Origin: Syncephalis fuscata S228
Lineage: Eukaryota > Fungi > Zoopagomycota
Length of the DNA stretch: 64,000 nt
Reading direction: 5' to 3'
Assembly: GCA_025786725.1 (NCBI GenBank)
Contig: JAHLTZ010000024.1
Location: forward strand, 248,001-312,000
The first letter of the stretch is position 1, and each line of letters begins with the position of its first letter. The notes under the pieces were generated by a model that had not been told where the DNA came from, made no database searches, and saw only the letters and a list, made by a program, of their open reading frames with translations. A program made the translations under genes and the position numbers. This document shows, piece after piece, positions 1 through 14,553 of the stretch.

Positions 1-460
1 TATCGGGACCAGGCACCATATGGCTTACATGTACCTCGCGATAAGCTTCACATACATCGTCATCGTAGGTACGGCCAAAAAGTTGTTTTAAATCACGGAA
101 AGTATTTGCTGGATAGCGTGTAGCCTATAATTATTATTATTATTATATGACACAACAAAATGATTAATTATAAGATACTAGCACAAATACAACTACTATT
201 TTTACACGTACAAGATTAAGAGCATCGGTACCATAGCTACGTTCACCGTTACGCAGGGTTAGTACACTCGCCGTTTTGCGTTTAGAATCACGGTTAAGCA
301 CAAGATCAAGTGGTACACCACGCTTTACCAAGGCTACTTTGTACCATTCCTGGCCATAATCAATGCCTACTATGCCAGCAGCGGCCACACTTTCAAGAAG
401 GGTCGTGGTTGCCGTCAGACCGGCCAGCAGCATAGACAACGACCTTTTATTCAGTCGCAT
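1..460 (-). CDS. LHS1: ER Hsp70-family nucleotide exchange factor Lhs1/GRP170 (5' part, runs off the window)
   Basis: Signal peptide followed by GIDYGQEWYKVALVKRGVPLDLVLNRDSKRKT, the typical Lhs1/HYOU1 N-terminus; intron at ~125-212. Confidence 0.88.
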
Positions 461-805
461 CGTTGTCGCTAATCAAATGGGTGTTATTCACCAGTCAGTA
501 GCGCACCAGATAGCGCAGCTAGAATAATAGCGATAGAATAAACGTCAACTAACAGCAAACGCTTATAGTTGTCAATAATTGACAAGAAATAAAGCTATCA
601 AGCAAGATGACCTTATATGCGCGTGTCTTTTGTAACAGTAGTATAGGTGGATAGAAGAATAGGCGCTACAACGTCGATGTATTGTGAATATCGTCATTTA
701 AATTAGCGGGACTTGGAATCGTGTTTGGTGATCAACGTGGCCAACATCGATTCGACCACTGCATTCCGGATAAACCACGTATTTTTTGCCTTTACTAAAT
801 ACACC

Positions 806-2329
806 ATGACCGCATTAACCAACGGTAAATATACTGGACTACATTTTGTGTATAATACATGTTGTAACCAACTATGATTGTATTAAGAGGAGCCAAGTTT
901 GTTGGCGGTTATTATAGATACAAATCCATTGGGTTGGAGTCGACTTGGTCACGGAGATGGCCAAAAGAATAGTAATGGCAATAGTAGTGGCGATAGTGGC
1001 GTAGCTATGTTTACTAAAGCACTACGCCAAATATTGGTATTTTTAAACTCATTTGTGGCACTTGATACGCGTAATCGTTTATTAGTATTGGCTGCACATC
1101 CTGGACATAGGTAAATTGTAAAGAATGGAGAAAGTAAGGAATCTAGTTACTGAATCTCGATTATAGTAGCGTTCTCTATGATAGTAATGCACCATCAACT
1201 TCGGCTGCTGCTACCACTGCCACTGCCACTACTAATGAACCAGTAACGGATATTGTTATGATGGAAGTTGATGGAGAGAATAAAGACCAGCAACAAGATA
1301 GAATCTATCCACAATTTAATGAGATGAACCAGCAGATTTGGTCGCATATGCAAAAGCTATTTACTGAATCTGAGACAACAGAATTTGCTTCAAATAATGG
1401 TAACAGTTATATAAATAGCTATTAATTAACTAATATTTATTAATATTTATTAATATTCTATTATAGGTCCTTCTATTGCTGGTGCTTTATCTATGGTGCT
1501 TTGTTGTAAGTTAATAGTCATTGATAGCGGTATTAATGTAACCAATAATTAATTAGACACCAATCGAGTACTTAAGGATCATGCAGCTATTCGCTGGCAG
1601 CCCCGTGCTCTTATTATATCGGCCTCAGAAGATGTACCATCACAGTATACGCCATTAATGAATTGTATATTTTCAGCTCAAAGATCAGTAAGTCATTTAT
1701 TATTTAATACTAACATTTAGTAACTATAATACTGAATAGAGTGTATCAGTTGATGTATGTAAAATACACCGTGGACGAGGTGTATTTCTACGTCAAGCTG
1801 CGCATATTACTGGTGGATTGCATTTTACTATTCAACGCCCTAATGCATTGTTACAATACTTATTGGTATGTTATACACATTTATATATACATTTACATAT
1901 GTATATATATATATAATAGATACTTTTATTTACTAATTATATTAGAGTGCATTTCTACCGGATGTTAAACTACGCGAAAGTTTATGTCTACCTAATCGCG
2001 AAGAAGTTGATTTTCGAGCCGCATGTTTCTGTCATCGCCGTATTATCAATATCGGCTATGTCTGCTCTGTTTGTCTATCCAGTAAGTCATAATTATTACT
2101 AATAGTTACATTAAATAAATAATAACGATGATTAATTTAGTTTTCTGTGATACTATGGATATATGTACTACATGTCGGTAAGTAGAATATGAATGGATAT
2201 ATATAATATTCATTAACGCTCATATCTTTCACTATTATCCTATATACATTATATATCTATAGCACTCCATTTTCAACTAAACCCATTATTACATCACAAC
2301 ATGGTGTAGCATCGGATAAGGTTACATAA
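806..2329 (+). CDS. TFB4: TFIIH subunit Tfb4/p34, multi-exon
   Basis: [50 protein letters not shown]...[10 protein letters not shown] zinc motif across GT-AG exons. Confidence 0.93.
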
Positions 2330-2408
2330 ACTACCATTACTAATAAATATAAACGCTTTTGTCTAAACTATAATGATGTATATTTAAGTAGTAGCATGTA
2401 ATAAACCT

Positions 2409-2838
2409 TTAGAAACCCTTGGGAGTTGTACGAGGAATAGTTGTTTTGGTAAACTTTGGTACTTTGTGTACACTTTTACGATAACCACTACTGGTGCGTG
2501 AAAATACACTATACTTGTCACGAGCGGTCATTTCATGTTCCTTTGGTAGTCCTTTGGCCTGTTCCTATAATATCGACTATAAGCACCACTCTATACTATA
2601 TAGTTTCTATAACTACCAGTGCTTTGCATTCGACACCTGTCTCGGATAGAACGCGAATAACTTCATCCACCGCACGAAGTCGCTTGCGCACATTAGCTTT
2701 ACGCGTTTGTGACATACGGAAAGGCGATTTCCTATTACCAATCTCTCATCAGTATACGCTACCACTTCAGTATCTGGATCTCACCCACCATAAAAGACCG
2801 CTACTGGCCACAAGACTGCCACGGAATGCACCAAACAT
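2409..2838 (-). CDS. MRPL31: Mitochondrial ribosomal protein mL60/L31, with introns
   Basis: MFGAFRGSLVASSGLLW...RKANVRKRLRAVDEVI...GYRKSVHKVPKFTK matches the fungal MRPL31 pattern. Confidence 0.85.
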
Positions 2839-2993
2839 GATTGTAGAAAAAGAATAAATGCTATGGAATCTAGATCTCATTCTCAAACATATTTAATAGT
2901 TTTAGATTAACAGTTTTTATACACAGAACTGAAATACACATACAATAGTTATAATGGTCAATAGTTCAATTTAATGATTTAAACACGTAATAA

Positions 2994-3963
2994 TTAGTCT
3001 TTTACCGGAATAATTATATCTGTTGGTGTTAATATACAGTCAGGCTGTCTATCAAAATGATCACAAGGAAGTCGATCATCGACAATTTGTGCCGATAAAG
3101 CAAGAGCCACTAAAACAATCTATAAACACGACTGGTCTAATAGTATTACTATACATACCTGTACGTGGCATTGGTTGACCCGATTGTTTACTTAATATTT
3201 CACACTGTTCAATATATCGATCATAATAACTATAATACAATTAATAACTCATACTCATATATATATATACTCATCTAGATGGCTTACCCTTTACCGTGGC
3301 CTAATCGATTACCGTATCGATCAAATGCTAATCCTGTAAATAGCAGCCCCTATTAGTATCATTCATCGTATTTATTATATGGCTGATTACCAGGCATTAC
3401 TAGTAGGTCCAATCCACCCGTCTCGAGTGCTATTTAATTAACTATTAATAACTATAATATTTAAAAGATGAATAGTATACCATTTTCACGTATTTCATCA
3501 TGTAATGGTTCTGGTATATTCCACGCATTTAACGGTAAAGATGTAAAATCCTCCATTGACTTCAATAATACCATTTCCATAACATCACCTTGCCAACGTG
3601 GAATATAACAAGATCTGCCTATTATTTGTATTATGTTATACTATTACATCGTTATTGTTGCTATTCAATCCTTATTTACCCGTAGATAGAATATTCTCAA
3701 TAATAGAACGCGTCTCTATCTCGCCCTGCATACTAATAAAAATACTAATACGCTGACTTGTTTGATACACAGGTAGTTGTAGTAGTTTAGTCACAACATG
3801 GTTTGCTGTAATAATAAATTAAAAAACACTATTACTTTACAAGAAACTAGTCCCAACACGGCTACTCACACTCGGTGGCTGTCACTGTAGGTGAAAGTAA
3901 TCTTAAACGACTACGCAGTTCTTTGCGCAAACCTCGTTTTATAGACTGAATAGAGTTATTCAT
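2994..3963 (-). CDS. FAU1: 5-formyltetrahydrofolate cyclo-ligase
   Basis: N-terminal [40 protein letters not shown] signature. Confidence 0.92.
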
Positions 3964-4234
3964 AGTTAAATAGTGGTGGTGGTTGATTGCCGTGCCGTTA
4001 ATAATAGTTGAAAATAAAAATGGTCGGTAATATATTTTTATTTTATTAATTAATCTATTATCAATCTACTATCAGCAATCTATGATTAATCTGTGATTAA
4101 CCGGTTATTTATTATTATTATTATTATTCAGTAACTTTAATTGATTATTGTCGCCAACCTGTATCTGTTACCAACTCATTACCCACGCTTGAATTGCTTT
4201 ATTTCAATTGGCCTTGTGAGGTCAATAATATACG

Positions 4235-5686
4235 ATGAAGCCTTTAATCCATACTAGACAGCTACATAGACATACCCCGTTGGTGGGACGACTCTTATAC
4301 CGCCAATACAATGTATTAGCTGTCAAACAAGTAAGTTATTTATTTATTTACTAAATAGTGGTATATTAAACGATGGCTATCCACTTGACTATAGTATGCT
4401 ATGAAGGAGTGTGCACCAGTAAGCTTAAGAGAACTACTGCAATTTGGTCGACCTCCTTTAGATGACGCGTCATTTGTACGGGTGGCTCAATTTGTTCAAA
4501 AAGAACTACCTGTACGTATGGCCAGACGAGTGGTAGCCTTTCAGCGTCTACCATTTATTGTCGGTACCAATCCCTATATCCATCAAGTACATCAACTCTA
4601 TTATGATTCATTTGAAAAGTTACGGGTTCTACCACCAATGGAGAGCCGTGCTGACGATGAAGCATTTACCGGTATGTTACTTGATTTAACAGAAAAACAC
4701 GCCGATGCTATTCCTACACTCGCTCGAGGTCAGTAAACAAAAAACCATGACCATTAATACATTTTGTTATTAATACAGATTTAGGTTTTCTTGAATCAAA
4801 ACAGTATCTTAGTCATTCTGAAGTCAAAGACTTTTTAGATGATATGATTCATGCTCGTATTAGTATTCGTCTTATTGCCGAGCATTATATTGCTTTACAT
4901 CGACAGAATGCCGGCTATATTGGTATTATTGATACACAATTACAGCCTGCTCAGATGCTTGATCGATGCGCCAAATTGTTAAAGGCCTATGTGAGATCAA
5001 TTACGGGTCGGCACCCGAGCATATTTTAGATGGCCAAACGGATATTTCATTCCAATATGTGCCGGTCCACCTTGAATATATTGCCTGTGAACTACTAAAG
5101 AATGCTTATAGAGCGACGGTTGAGCATAGCGAACGTATTGGTCGGGCAGATCATCCGCCTATTCAAATCACCGTAAGTAGAGATGCTAATGATATTGGTA
5201 TCCGTGTACGTGATCAAGGTGGCGGCATTCCTGGTAATCAACTAGCCAATGTATTTGAATATTCATATACTACCGTTGAACCTGATGGGCCAGAAGAGAA
5301 CACAGCCCTTGACAATATATTCACTACACAGACCCGATTAGCCATGCAAGCAGGTGTGGGTGGTCCCATGGGAAGTACATTATAGCATAGGACGCTATTA
5401 ATTATTGATTACTAATTAACCAACTATTTATTTAACTATTTATTTAACTTTTATTAGCTGGATTGGGATTTGGTATGTATTTTATAGATAATTAACCATC
5501 TACATACTTATATCTATCTATCTATTATTTATTTATCTACTTTTATTTATAGGTTTGCCTATGACACTAATCTATGCCAGATATTTTGGTGGCAACCTTA
5601 AACTACTATCATTGCCTAGCTATGGCTGTGATGTCTTTCTTCGACTTAAAAGCATTGATTCTCACTTGGATCAAACTACTATTTAG
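4235..5686 (+). CDS. Mitochondrial alpha-ketoacid dehydrogenase kinase (BCKDK/PDK family)
   Basis: ELPVRMARRV, ELLKNAYRAT, IRVRDQGGGIP, AGLGFGLPM..YARYFGG; apparent 1-nt frameshift near 4972 and an odd donor at ~5372. Confidence 0.9.
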
Positions 5687-5759
5687 TAAACTTTACACTA
5701 TATCATCATTGTAGACGTTAAACATAAGCGCAATTATAGTATCTATTTTAATAAATGAA

Positions 5760-8700
5760 TTAGGCAAAGGCGATAGCTTGTCGCTCAATCGTCGAGTGTT
5801 GGCTATTAAAGAGTCGATAAGTACTTTAACAGTAAAGCGGTATTTACTTACTTGACATCTTTAAATACCCGCCAGTAGTAGTCGGCCAGTTCTGATTTAC
5901 CCAATAGCTGCATGAATTCTTCATCGTGTGTAATAATAATTAATTGAAAGTTTTGTTGCTTTCGTCTAGTTCGTACAATACTATGCGTTGTAATAAATAA
6001 ATATGATAAATAGTACAGAGAATGAGTCTAGGTGTATATCCATAGTTATACAATAACGATTACCTAGCAAGACTTTCTGCTAAACTTTCAATATTCTCTC
6101 TATCCAGATTCGTCGTCGGTTCATCCAGGGCAATAATACCACAATCAAGACAGAATGACTCGGCCAATGCCAATCGAATAATTAATGAAGTAAGTACTTT
6201 CTGTCCAGCACTGCACCGTCCACGCATATCAAGTTCTGTACTGCCCTTTAACATGACCACCTAATAACCCCGTATTAATTAACCACTATTATTGGTGGTG
6301 GTAGTAGTAGTAGTCTATACTTACTCGATAATTGTAGGATCGATTACCACGGGCTGCTTCATGATCAGAACGTATTTCAATAGTATCAATATCTTTAACC
6401 AGTATTAGTATTTATCCAATTCAATACTATTCCACTTACCATTGCCTTGATATGTATTAATCCATAACTCGCGGATGATTTTATTGACTTCTTTCATCTT
6501 GGCCGAGTGATATCGCATAATGGCTCTATATAGTAGTTGGATTATTATTCATAATCAATTACAGTCACTACTTACTGATCCAGTGCTTTACTATAAGTTT
6601 CCATATCTTTAACAGCCAACTCTGTAGTCTATATGCATATATATATACATATATACATATATATATTAGATAAAGCTATAATGTTATTAATGAATACATA
6701 CCTTAACCTTAACAAATTGTCGTTTATGATTATCTTCAATATCCTTGTAATCGCTATTCAGTTCATGTCGCATGCGTACTACTTGATCTTGCATTTGCTT
6801 CACTTCACCTTCTAATCCAGCTCTCTATATTATAATAACAATAGTAGTAGTAACATTCAATACACTATTTCTATGTACATAGGTATATATAGTTATTTTA
6901 CCTCTCTATTTAGCTTGGACTGCTTCTCTTTAAGCTCTTGTTGTCGTTGTGAATAAGATGATGAATCATAGGTGCCACATTCTTGTCTTAATGCCTGTAT
7001 ACGTAGTTGACGTGCTCCATGTTCATCGGTTAACTTTCTATATCGCATATTGTCATTGATATTCCGCTCAATCTTGCCCATCTCCGCTGATTGTTTATCA
7101 ATCGTATGTATTTCTCGTGTTACATCATTGATTTGCTCTTCTACTTGTCGAATCCGTGTCTCCAGTGTTGTAATCTCTTTCTCACAATCTTGTATCTGTG
7201 ACTGACCTCCTTCCACCGAATATCTATACGGTATTAGTGATACAGTTCATTTAATACTACTGTTTGCTCATTCACTACCTGTCCAAGCTTTCTACAATAC
7301 TGCGAACCCGTGTTGATCCATTCTGTAACATATCCAAATCTTTCTGTATATCTCTTTCTCGTGCCTCTCTTTCCACTGCATTATTGTTAATCTGGCTATT
7401 TAATTCTTCACGTTTTGGTACAATATCTCGTAATTGTGCTTCACAGCGCTATTCATCTTATAATAAGTAGCTATTACACTTGTATAATATAGACTACCTA
7501 CATCAATATCTTGCTGGAACTTTCGTGATTCTGTTTGCTGTTCTTCGACCATTAAATCCAACTGGCGATGCCGCTCAATATTATGTCTTAATTGCTGTAC
7601 TTGTGCTCGTTCCTTGTGAACTGTATCCATTTGGAATTGAAGTTCATCTTTACGAGTCATTTTCTGTTGCATCATACGATCTCGTTGACGACGTATTGTT
7701 TTCCTAAATAAACTATTAGCTATCTATTGCAAATAACAAGTGTCGTGTATATTACAGTTCATCAGAAAGCTTTTCTCGTTCCTTTTGACACTCATCAACT
7801 GTCTTTGTACTGCCAGATACACGCAGTTCCTCTTCAATCTTGACAACGACATGATCCAATTCGGCAATTTCCTGTTGTAGTCGCGTTGTTTCCTCTTTCT
7901 TACGTTGTAAAAGACGTGCCGTCTCCTGTTGTAGATTAACTGAATCTCGCTTGGTCTTTAACTATTTTACTTAATGAATACCACTATATATATACATACA
8001 CTATTAACAATACTAATAATACTTACGCGATCTAATGCTGCCACCGCTGATGTGCGTTCGCTTTGATCAAGTTTGTTTTGTTGTTCCAATTCAGGTATTT
8101 CTACACTGCGTAGTCGAACAACATCATCCCAGAGAGATGACATGGCACGTAATGCTACCCGACTAGTTTCCATTCGTTCCAGTTCTGCTTCAGCTGTTGC
8201 CAGTACGTGTGGTGCTTTGGCCTGTCGTTCTCGCAACTATATAATAACGATTGATTGATTAATTAGCAAGATAAATATACCTTTTTCTTATAAACTTACG
8301 GATGCTATAAATTGCTCTTCACTATCTACTTCTGCAAAATCACGCGAACATAATGGACAACAATGGCTCTTTTCAGCTCTAGTAATAAACATCTTGTACA
8401 TCTCAGTGGCTGCTCGAAGCTGTGCTACATGTCTATAATATGACACATTATTAACTATACTATACTATACTATACTATACTATATATCCACTAATGATGA
8501 CTTACTCCATTTGATCAGCATAATTATGATCAAGTAATTGTAATGCAGTCGGCAAGTCTTCATTGCCACATGCCGATTGAACTTTTGTTTGTTTTTCTAT
8601 TAAATTGTCTATTAGTATTACATTAATAATATTAATTGTATTATATTACCATCAAGTTCACTCTGTTTGAATTCCTGTGTAGATTTATTACCGATAGTCT

Positions 8701-11178
8701 TGCCTCAATAGCTGCAAGTTTCTTTGCTGCTTCAGAATAGTCATTTTCTGCCACTTGCACTCGCTGTCCACATTGAAGTTGGAATAATTCAATTTCCTTT
8801 TCTACTTCGTCCATTGGAGGTGCTTTGTCTAATTCTTTCGATAATCCACGTTGTAACTCAATTCGTCTAATAATATGTTAGATAGCAAATATATACTTAT
8901 GTATTACTGTTACCTATTCTCATGTTCTGCCCTTTCTCGCGTACTTCACGGCGTTTTAATGCCAGTTCAGCCCGTCGCTCTCCCGAATGACCAAGTGTAA
9001 CAATTTCATCGTCAACAGTAGAAATATTCAGTTCTATCTCTCGCACTTTTTGATCCAATTCTCGTTCTTGGTTATCCAAATCCTCTGTTTGGTACGTGTT
9101 ACGAGTATCTTCTAATTTGGCTTCCTATAAATAGGGTACAATTACGTATTAATGCATAACATTAGAATGTATTCTAAATAATGTTACCTCTTCTGCTAAA
9201 CGACGTTCTTTCAGACGTAGCTGTGCTTCAGCTCCTGATAAACCATCCATTTCTGCCATATATTCGGCAATCTTGCGATTAGCTGCATCCTATATCTAAT
9301 GGTAAGTCTATTTGTATCTATATACTATTTAATCTGCTTACGATATTTCTATTGGCAGCTTGTTTCTGAGCATTGGCTGAGGCAATTGTTTCTTCTATTT
9401 TCTGTCGCTTATTACTATAGTCTGTCTCTTGGTGTCGATAGGTAGTCTAATAAACTGTGTTAATATGATGGTATCATTTTTGTAATATACAGTGTAATAC
9501 CTTTAACTCTTCCATGCTATTTAATTTCTGATCAGTCATTTCACAAAGTGTACCAATAAATGCCTCAATGGTCTCATGATTAAGTGTATCATTTTCTGAT
9601 ATTTGATTTATATTCATATCTTGGTCCAGTGCACGTATAATCTCTTCACAGACATGCAAATTACCAATATATGTCTAAAGTATTACATATAAGCCTATAC
9701 CATTTATTCTATACTGATATGACTGACCTCATAGGCTGCATTGAGTGCACCGAGCTTTGTATTCAGCTTACTCTTTTGATTTCGCTGTGATTCAATTTCT
9801 TGTTCTAGCTTCTTCTTAGTATTTTCGAATGTTTTCATGGTATCTGCTCTATTAGAGAAGCTTTCACGTAACTCTTGCAACATTTCTTCTAAGCGCTCTT
9901 GACTATCTACTCTACATACATATGATTATTCTGTACTGAATCAATGATTGTATTGATCACTTGCCTGGTAGTTCAGTCATTGTACTTTGAATACGGTCAA
10001 GTTCAGACTGGGCCTGTTGTTGTTCACTGCGCATAACATCCAGCTGTGATGCTTTGTGTTGATACTCTTGCATCTTATCCATAGAAGATTCAATTTCCCT
10101 ATTAATAATACCCAATTCATGTTCCAATTCAGATATTCTCTTTGTAAACTGATCAACATCACGTCGTGTATGTACTACCATGCCTTCAATCTATTCAACA
10201 TAAGTATCTCGTTGTTATATCAATTAATCGTGTACCTTTTTGGCCTTTTCGTGATCTACTTCAATAAACTCTAGTCGTTGTTTATCCATCTTTAAATCAA
10301 CACCCTTTTCTTTTCTAATGCCTTTAATAGAATCCAGTGCTTTGGTATATCTAATATATTATTATTATTGTTAGCTGGTATGAATATACAAAATAATAAT
10401 TTGTTTACCTTGTAGCAGCAAATATTTCATCAAACTTCTTTTTTAAAATACCTGGTTCAGATAGTGGCCTGTTATGCGATGTTAATTAGATTACTTATTA
10501 GTTAAATACTACCCAATATTGCATACCAATTTGATTCTTCTTGGTGACAAAATACAACATTATCTAGAATTGCTTTGGAAATACCGAGTTGCATTGGCAT
10601 ATCGGCATCTAGATCGGCACATCTAGAACTTAGACTCACTTGCTGTATGGATACAAGACATATTAGAACAACTAGTTACAGCCCACATATACACCTACTT
10701 CTCCTGTCTCGGGATCTTTTGTGAGCAGCACACCTTCGAGTGTTTTTTGCGATACAGTTGCTTTCTTTTGTGTTAACATCATACTTCGTGTGCACACCAT
10801 GGAGCGTCCGTTGACATTCCGAAATTTCAACTTAATTTGCGCCTTTACTTCGGCTTCACGCGCCACCTAACCTCCAATCAGTACTACAACCCTTTTGTTA
10901 GCTACTAACAACTTACTTTGGGGTCATTGATAAATGCACCACCTTTACTATTGGGCGGTAGATCGCCTGTAGTAATATACTTTAAACATTCAATAATGGT
11001 CTAATACTACGCGTTAATAACTGCGCCGGCAATAACCGTATTAAAGTCGACTTGCCGTTTTACCCGCGCCATTATGTCCAACGATAATAGTTAACGGTTT
11101 GTAGAACTCGATAACGTTGGTTCCTTGCGGGTCAAAGGATCGAATTCCCCGAATTAAGAGCTTTTCAATGCACGACAT
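5760..11178 (-). CDS. RAD50: DNA repair protein Rad50, many exons
   Basis: Walker A GHNGAGKT, zinc hook CPLC (~8352-8363), signature [10 protein letters not shown], Walker [12 protein letters not shown], long coiled coils. Confidence 0.97.
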
Positions 11179-11797
11179 GGAATGTATTAAGTGGAAAAAC
11201 GACGTAACAAATAAAATATTAGTTAATATTACTTAGACATCACACCGTTATAAAGATAGCGATTATCACACTGAGTCATGTTAATGGTGAATACAGTTTA
11301 TGATGCACAAGTATGACCAATACTATATACACTTATACATTCGTGTTATTATGTGGTAATAGTCTTTCATTTTAGCTACTTGATTCAATATCAACGTGTT
11401 TTTGGTGGATCAAGCATTAATAGAAATCAAGTAAACAAATTGTGTTTATTGTACCTGACTATTAATAGGTAAAAAAAAGTAGTTGTGTAAAATACAAAGG
11501 GGGTAAAGTGGAATTATTAACAAAATTAATATTATTTAATAATTATTTAACACTTTTTATTATATTTTACAATGGATCATTTAAACACCACATTTTGAAT
11601 AATCGCGTATAATAAACCGTTCTTGTTATTTACAATACATTTTTTACTCAAGTACATGTGGATAATCTAAGTAGACTATAGAATAAGCGTAAAAGGAGGT
11701 ATAGAACCTATTATTAATGTTAAATTTAAATGAATTAGATTGTTAATTGCCAGGTACGACGGGACCGGACAAACTTTAAGCATAATCCTTGCGCACA

Positions 11798-11879
11798 GAC
11801 AGTTTGGCCGAGCGGTTAAGGCGGCGCCCTGCTAAGGCGTTTCCCTTTGGGAGCGCAGGTTCGAATCCTGCAGCTGTCG
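11798..11879 (+). tRNA. tRNA-Ser(GCT)
   Basis: GACAG..CTGTC acceptor stem, anticodon arm GCGCC-CTGCTAA-GGCGT, long variable arm, GGTTCGAATCC T-loop, downstream oligo-T. Confidence 0.95.
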
Positions 11880-13160
11880 TTCTATCTTTTTGCCGAAATT
11901 ACATAGCGAAATAAGCAAGTCACGGTTTGACAATGTCAGCAGTAAGTTTTTGCACATCTGAACGAAGTGACGAGTAAAAAAGTGTTATTTTTGCCATTTA
12001 TTGGCTACGATTGGCATTTTAGCACTCTGTGATTGAAAGCAATTTGGATTAAAGTTTTATATTGTTATTTGGTTAAATAATTATAGATATACGCCATGAT
12101 GTCATTACTAATATGCTTATTGTACATTAGAGTGCAATATGATTAATACGTAGTAAGGATAATAAGTAAGCTTATTAGTAATTTGCACATAATTCTAGTT
12201 TGAATATGACGTAAAATAGTATATCTGATATATTTGAATAGGTAATCGAAATACATTGCAGTTATATTTTTAGATCATATATGAATTACTAGTATTACCA
12301 CATGGATTTATTTAAGTATTAATCCACTTTATTACAACAGATAATAATAACCTTTTAGCACCATTATGCTATTGTCGAATATTTGATATGCTGTTAAATG
12401 AATAAGACGTGTTTTTCTGTTGTTGTCATTTACACTAATATTACTAGTAAAAAACCAGTAGATTACTAAATGTATTATAAAGCATATTCCAGTATTCAAA
12501 CGCTTGTTATGCTTTGTTGCTATTATTATTATCAGTTAATATAGTTATAAACATGGTATATACCTGTTGTTGTTTTGTTAAATTCGGTACTACATTTGAT
12601 TTCAAATTAACATAGTACTAGTTTTTAAACTGCCTTATTAATGCCAAATGGCAGTTACCAATTTATACTAACTTTCTTATATTTAGTATATTTATGCTAT
12701 TATACAATACCTTTGTTAAAACAACTTGTTTACACGGCTGATTCACCAAATCATTTGAACCTACTTGTTTTTCATTATAATAAACATTATCTATAATGCG
12801 CAATGGTATAACGTTATTAGTAAATCAGTAGTAATTTCGTCATTTAAATTATAGGTATGAATATAAATAGAATGTCGATATCTACCAGCATAAAATCACG
12901 CATGAGTCTACACCATGTGGGTTACACAGATTCCAGCTTTTGCTTCAATCAATTGGTTCTCCAAGGCCATTGCCGAACCAAAAGACATTGAAATCGTTAC
13001 TTTACCATTTTCACCTTGTATCCCAGCGTGTGTGTTCGTTTTTCATAATAGTTACAATTGTATCGATCGCTTCAGTATATAGTCTATAAATTAATTACAC
13101 AGTAGAATAGTACAAATTACATATAAAAACACTCTTAATTGCTTTCAAAGACTGCTCAAC

Positions 13161-14051
13161 ATGAGACGGTGTTCTAGTCGTTTAGTTTTGGTTATCGCAA
13201 CCATAATGCTGAGTGTGATGCTCGGTACACTAGATCCTTTTTTTAGGCGTAGTGATACTGCTCTAGTTCATGGTTTGCCACAAGCAACCCCACCTTCTGG
13301 CGCGAATAAAGGATCATCATCGGCACCTCCAACATCTGCGCCACCTCCACCGTCTTCGCCGCCACCAACGTCTTCACCATCTTCATCTTTAGTGCCTTCG
13401 CCGTCCTCGCCACCACCAACATCTTCACCGCCATCGACATCTTCACCGCCTTCAACATCTTCACCACCATCGACATCTTCACCGCCTTCCACGTCTTCAC
13501 CACCTTCGACATCTACTTCCGAGCATGGATCATCATCATCATCATCATCATCTCGTCCACATACAGTTACCGTAACTTCTAAGCCACCAGCTTCAACTAT
13601 ATTCCTGCCACAACCAACTCAAACAATTACAAAGCCCATCACAACTACTGTAACCAGCACGTCTACCGATAAGGAAGGCAACACGCTGACGCTTACAATC
13701 ACTGCTTCGGCAAACGCAGGTGATACCAGTTTTACGGCTTTCAGTACCGATGCATCGGCTCCTACCGCACTAAGTTTAAACCAGTGTAATGCTGGTCAAG
13801 AAACATGCAAGGAGGTTGTTTGCCCCGGGCGTAAGACCAATTTCAAGTGTACTATGTCAATGCAGTGCAGCTGCCTCCAGTCTGCTGATGACGAGTCAAA
13901 CATGGCATTTGGACTGCTGCGCTCTACGCTATTCAATAAGTTGATAGGCGAACATGGTGGTAATTTTGATTACACAATTACCGCAGTTACCTTTATGCTT
14001 GGTGGTGTATTGGCCGCAATGTTGGCGACAGAAGGCGTGCTTTTATCTTAA
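13161..14051 (+). CDS. Secreted, probably GPI- or TM-anchored Ser/Pro/Thr-rich surface protein with a small 6-Cys domain
   Basis: Hydrophobic N-terminus, mucin-like TSSPPS repeats, 6-Cys cluster (CNAGQETC..C..C..CSC), hydrophobic C-terminus; intronless. Confidence 0.75.
   Translation: MRRCSSRLVLVIATIMLSVMLGTLDPFFRRSDTALVHGLPQATPPSGANKGSSSAPPTSAPPPPSSPPPTSSPSSSLVPSPSSPPPTSSPPSTSSPPSTSSPPSTSSPPSTSSPPSTSTSEHGSSSSSSSSRPHTVTVTSKPPASTIFLPQPTQTITKPITTTVTSTSTDKEGNTLTLTITASANAGDTSFTAFSTDASAPTALSLNQCNAGQETCKEVVCPGRKTNFKCTMSMQCSCLQSADDESNMAFGLLRSTLFNKLIGEHGGNFDYTITAVTFMLGGVLAAMLATEGVLLS
13419..13508 (+). repeat. 18-bp coding tandem repeat x5 (TSSPPS)
   Basis: ACATCTTCACCGCCATCG-like units repeated in frame. 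Confidence 0.9.
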
Positions 14052-14553
14052 TAGAGGATCGATATATTGCTATAAAGTATTAAAAATTATATAGCTGCAA
14101 AGCTATTCGTTTTCATGTTATACTGTCACAGAAGCATGTTTATTAACCAGCTATAATAACGACAGTAAATCCTATTTTATTACTCTTATTCCAAACCGAT
14201 TAATAAATTATCTGCTATTTAAAAATACAGCGAGTAACTAGTGCGTGTGTTTGATTATTTTATATTTATATTTAGTATGACTTTGTCTTTATTTAAACAA
14301 CACCTAACACAACTTTTACAATCAATTGAGCTTGTAATAACAAATAACAAAATAAAGAATAGTATTTTTTGTACTATTGTTTGATTTAATTATTATGACA
14401 ACTTTTGACTAATCAAGTATCAAGTAACTGATCATCATTATAACAATAACAAAGTGCTGTTTATTTTCTATGCTATTTACTTTATGGTACTATTATGATT
14501 GTCTTTGCTGCCATTATCATGGATACTTTGGGTGTATATCAGCTCTATCCAGC

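Noticed and set aside
2456-2857. 133-aa plus-strand ORF
   Set aside because: Antisense to the spliced MRPL31 gene.
13243-13512. Repetitive minus-strand ORFs (GGED and VKM repeats)
   Set aside because: Antisense readings of the TSSPPS coding repeat.
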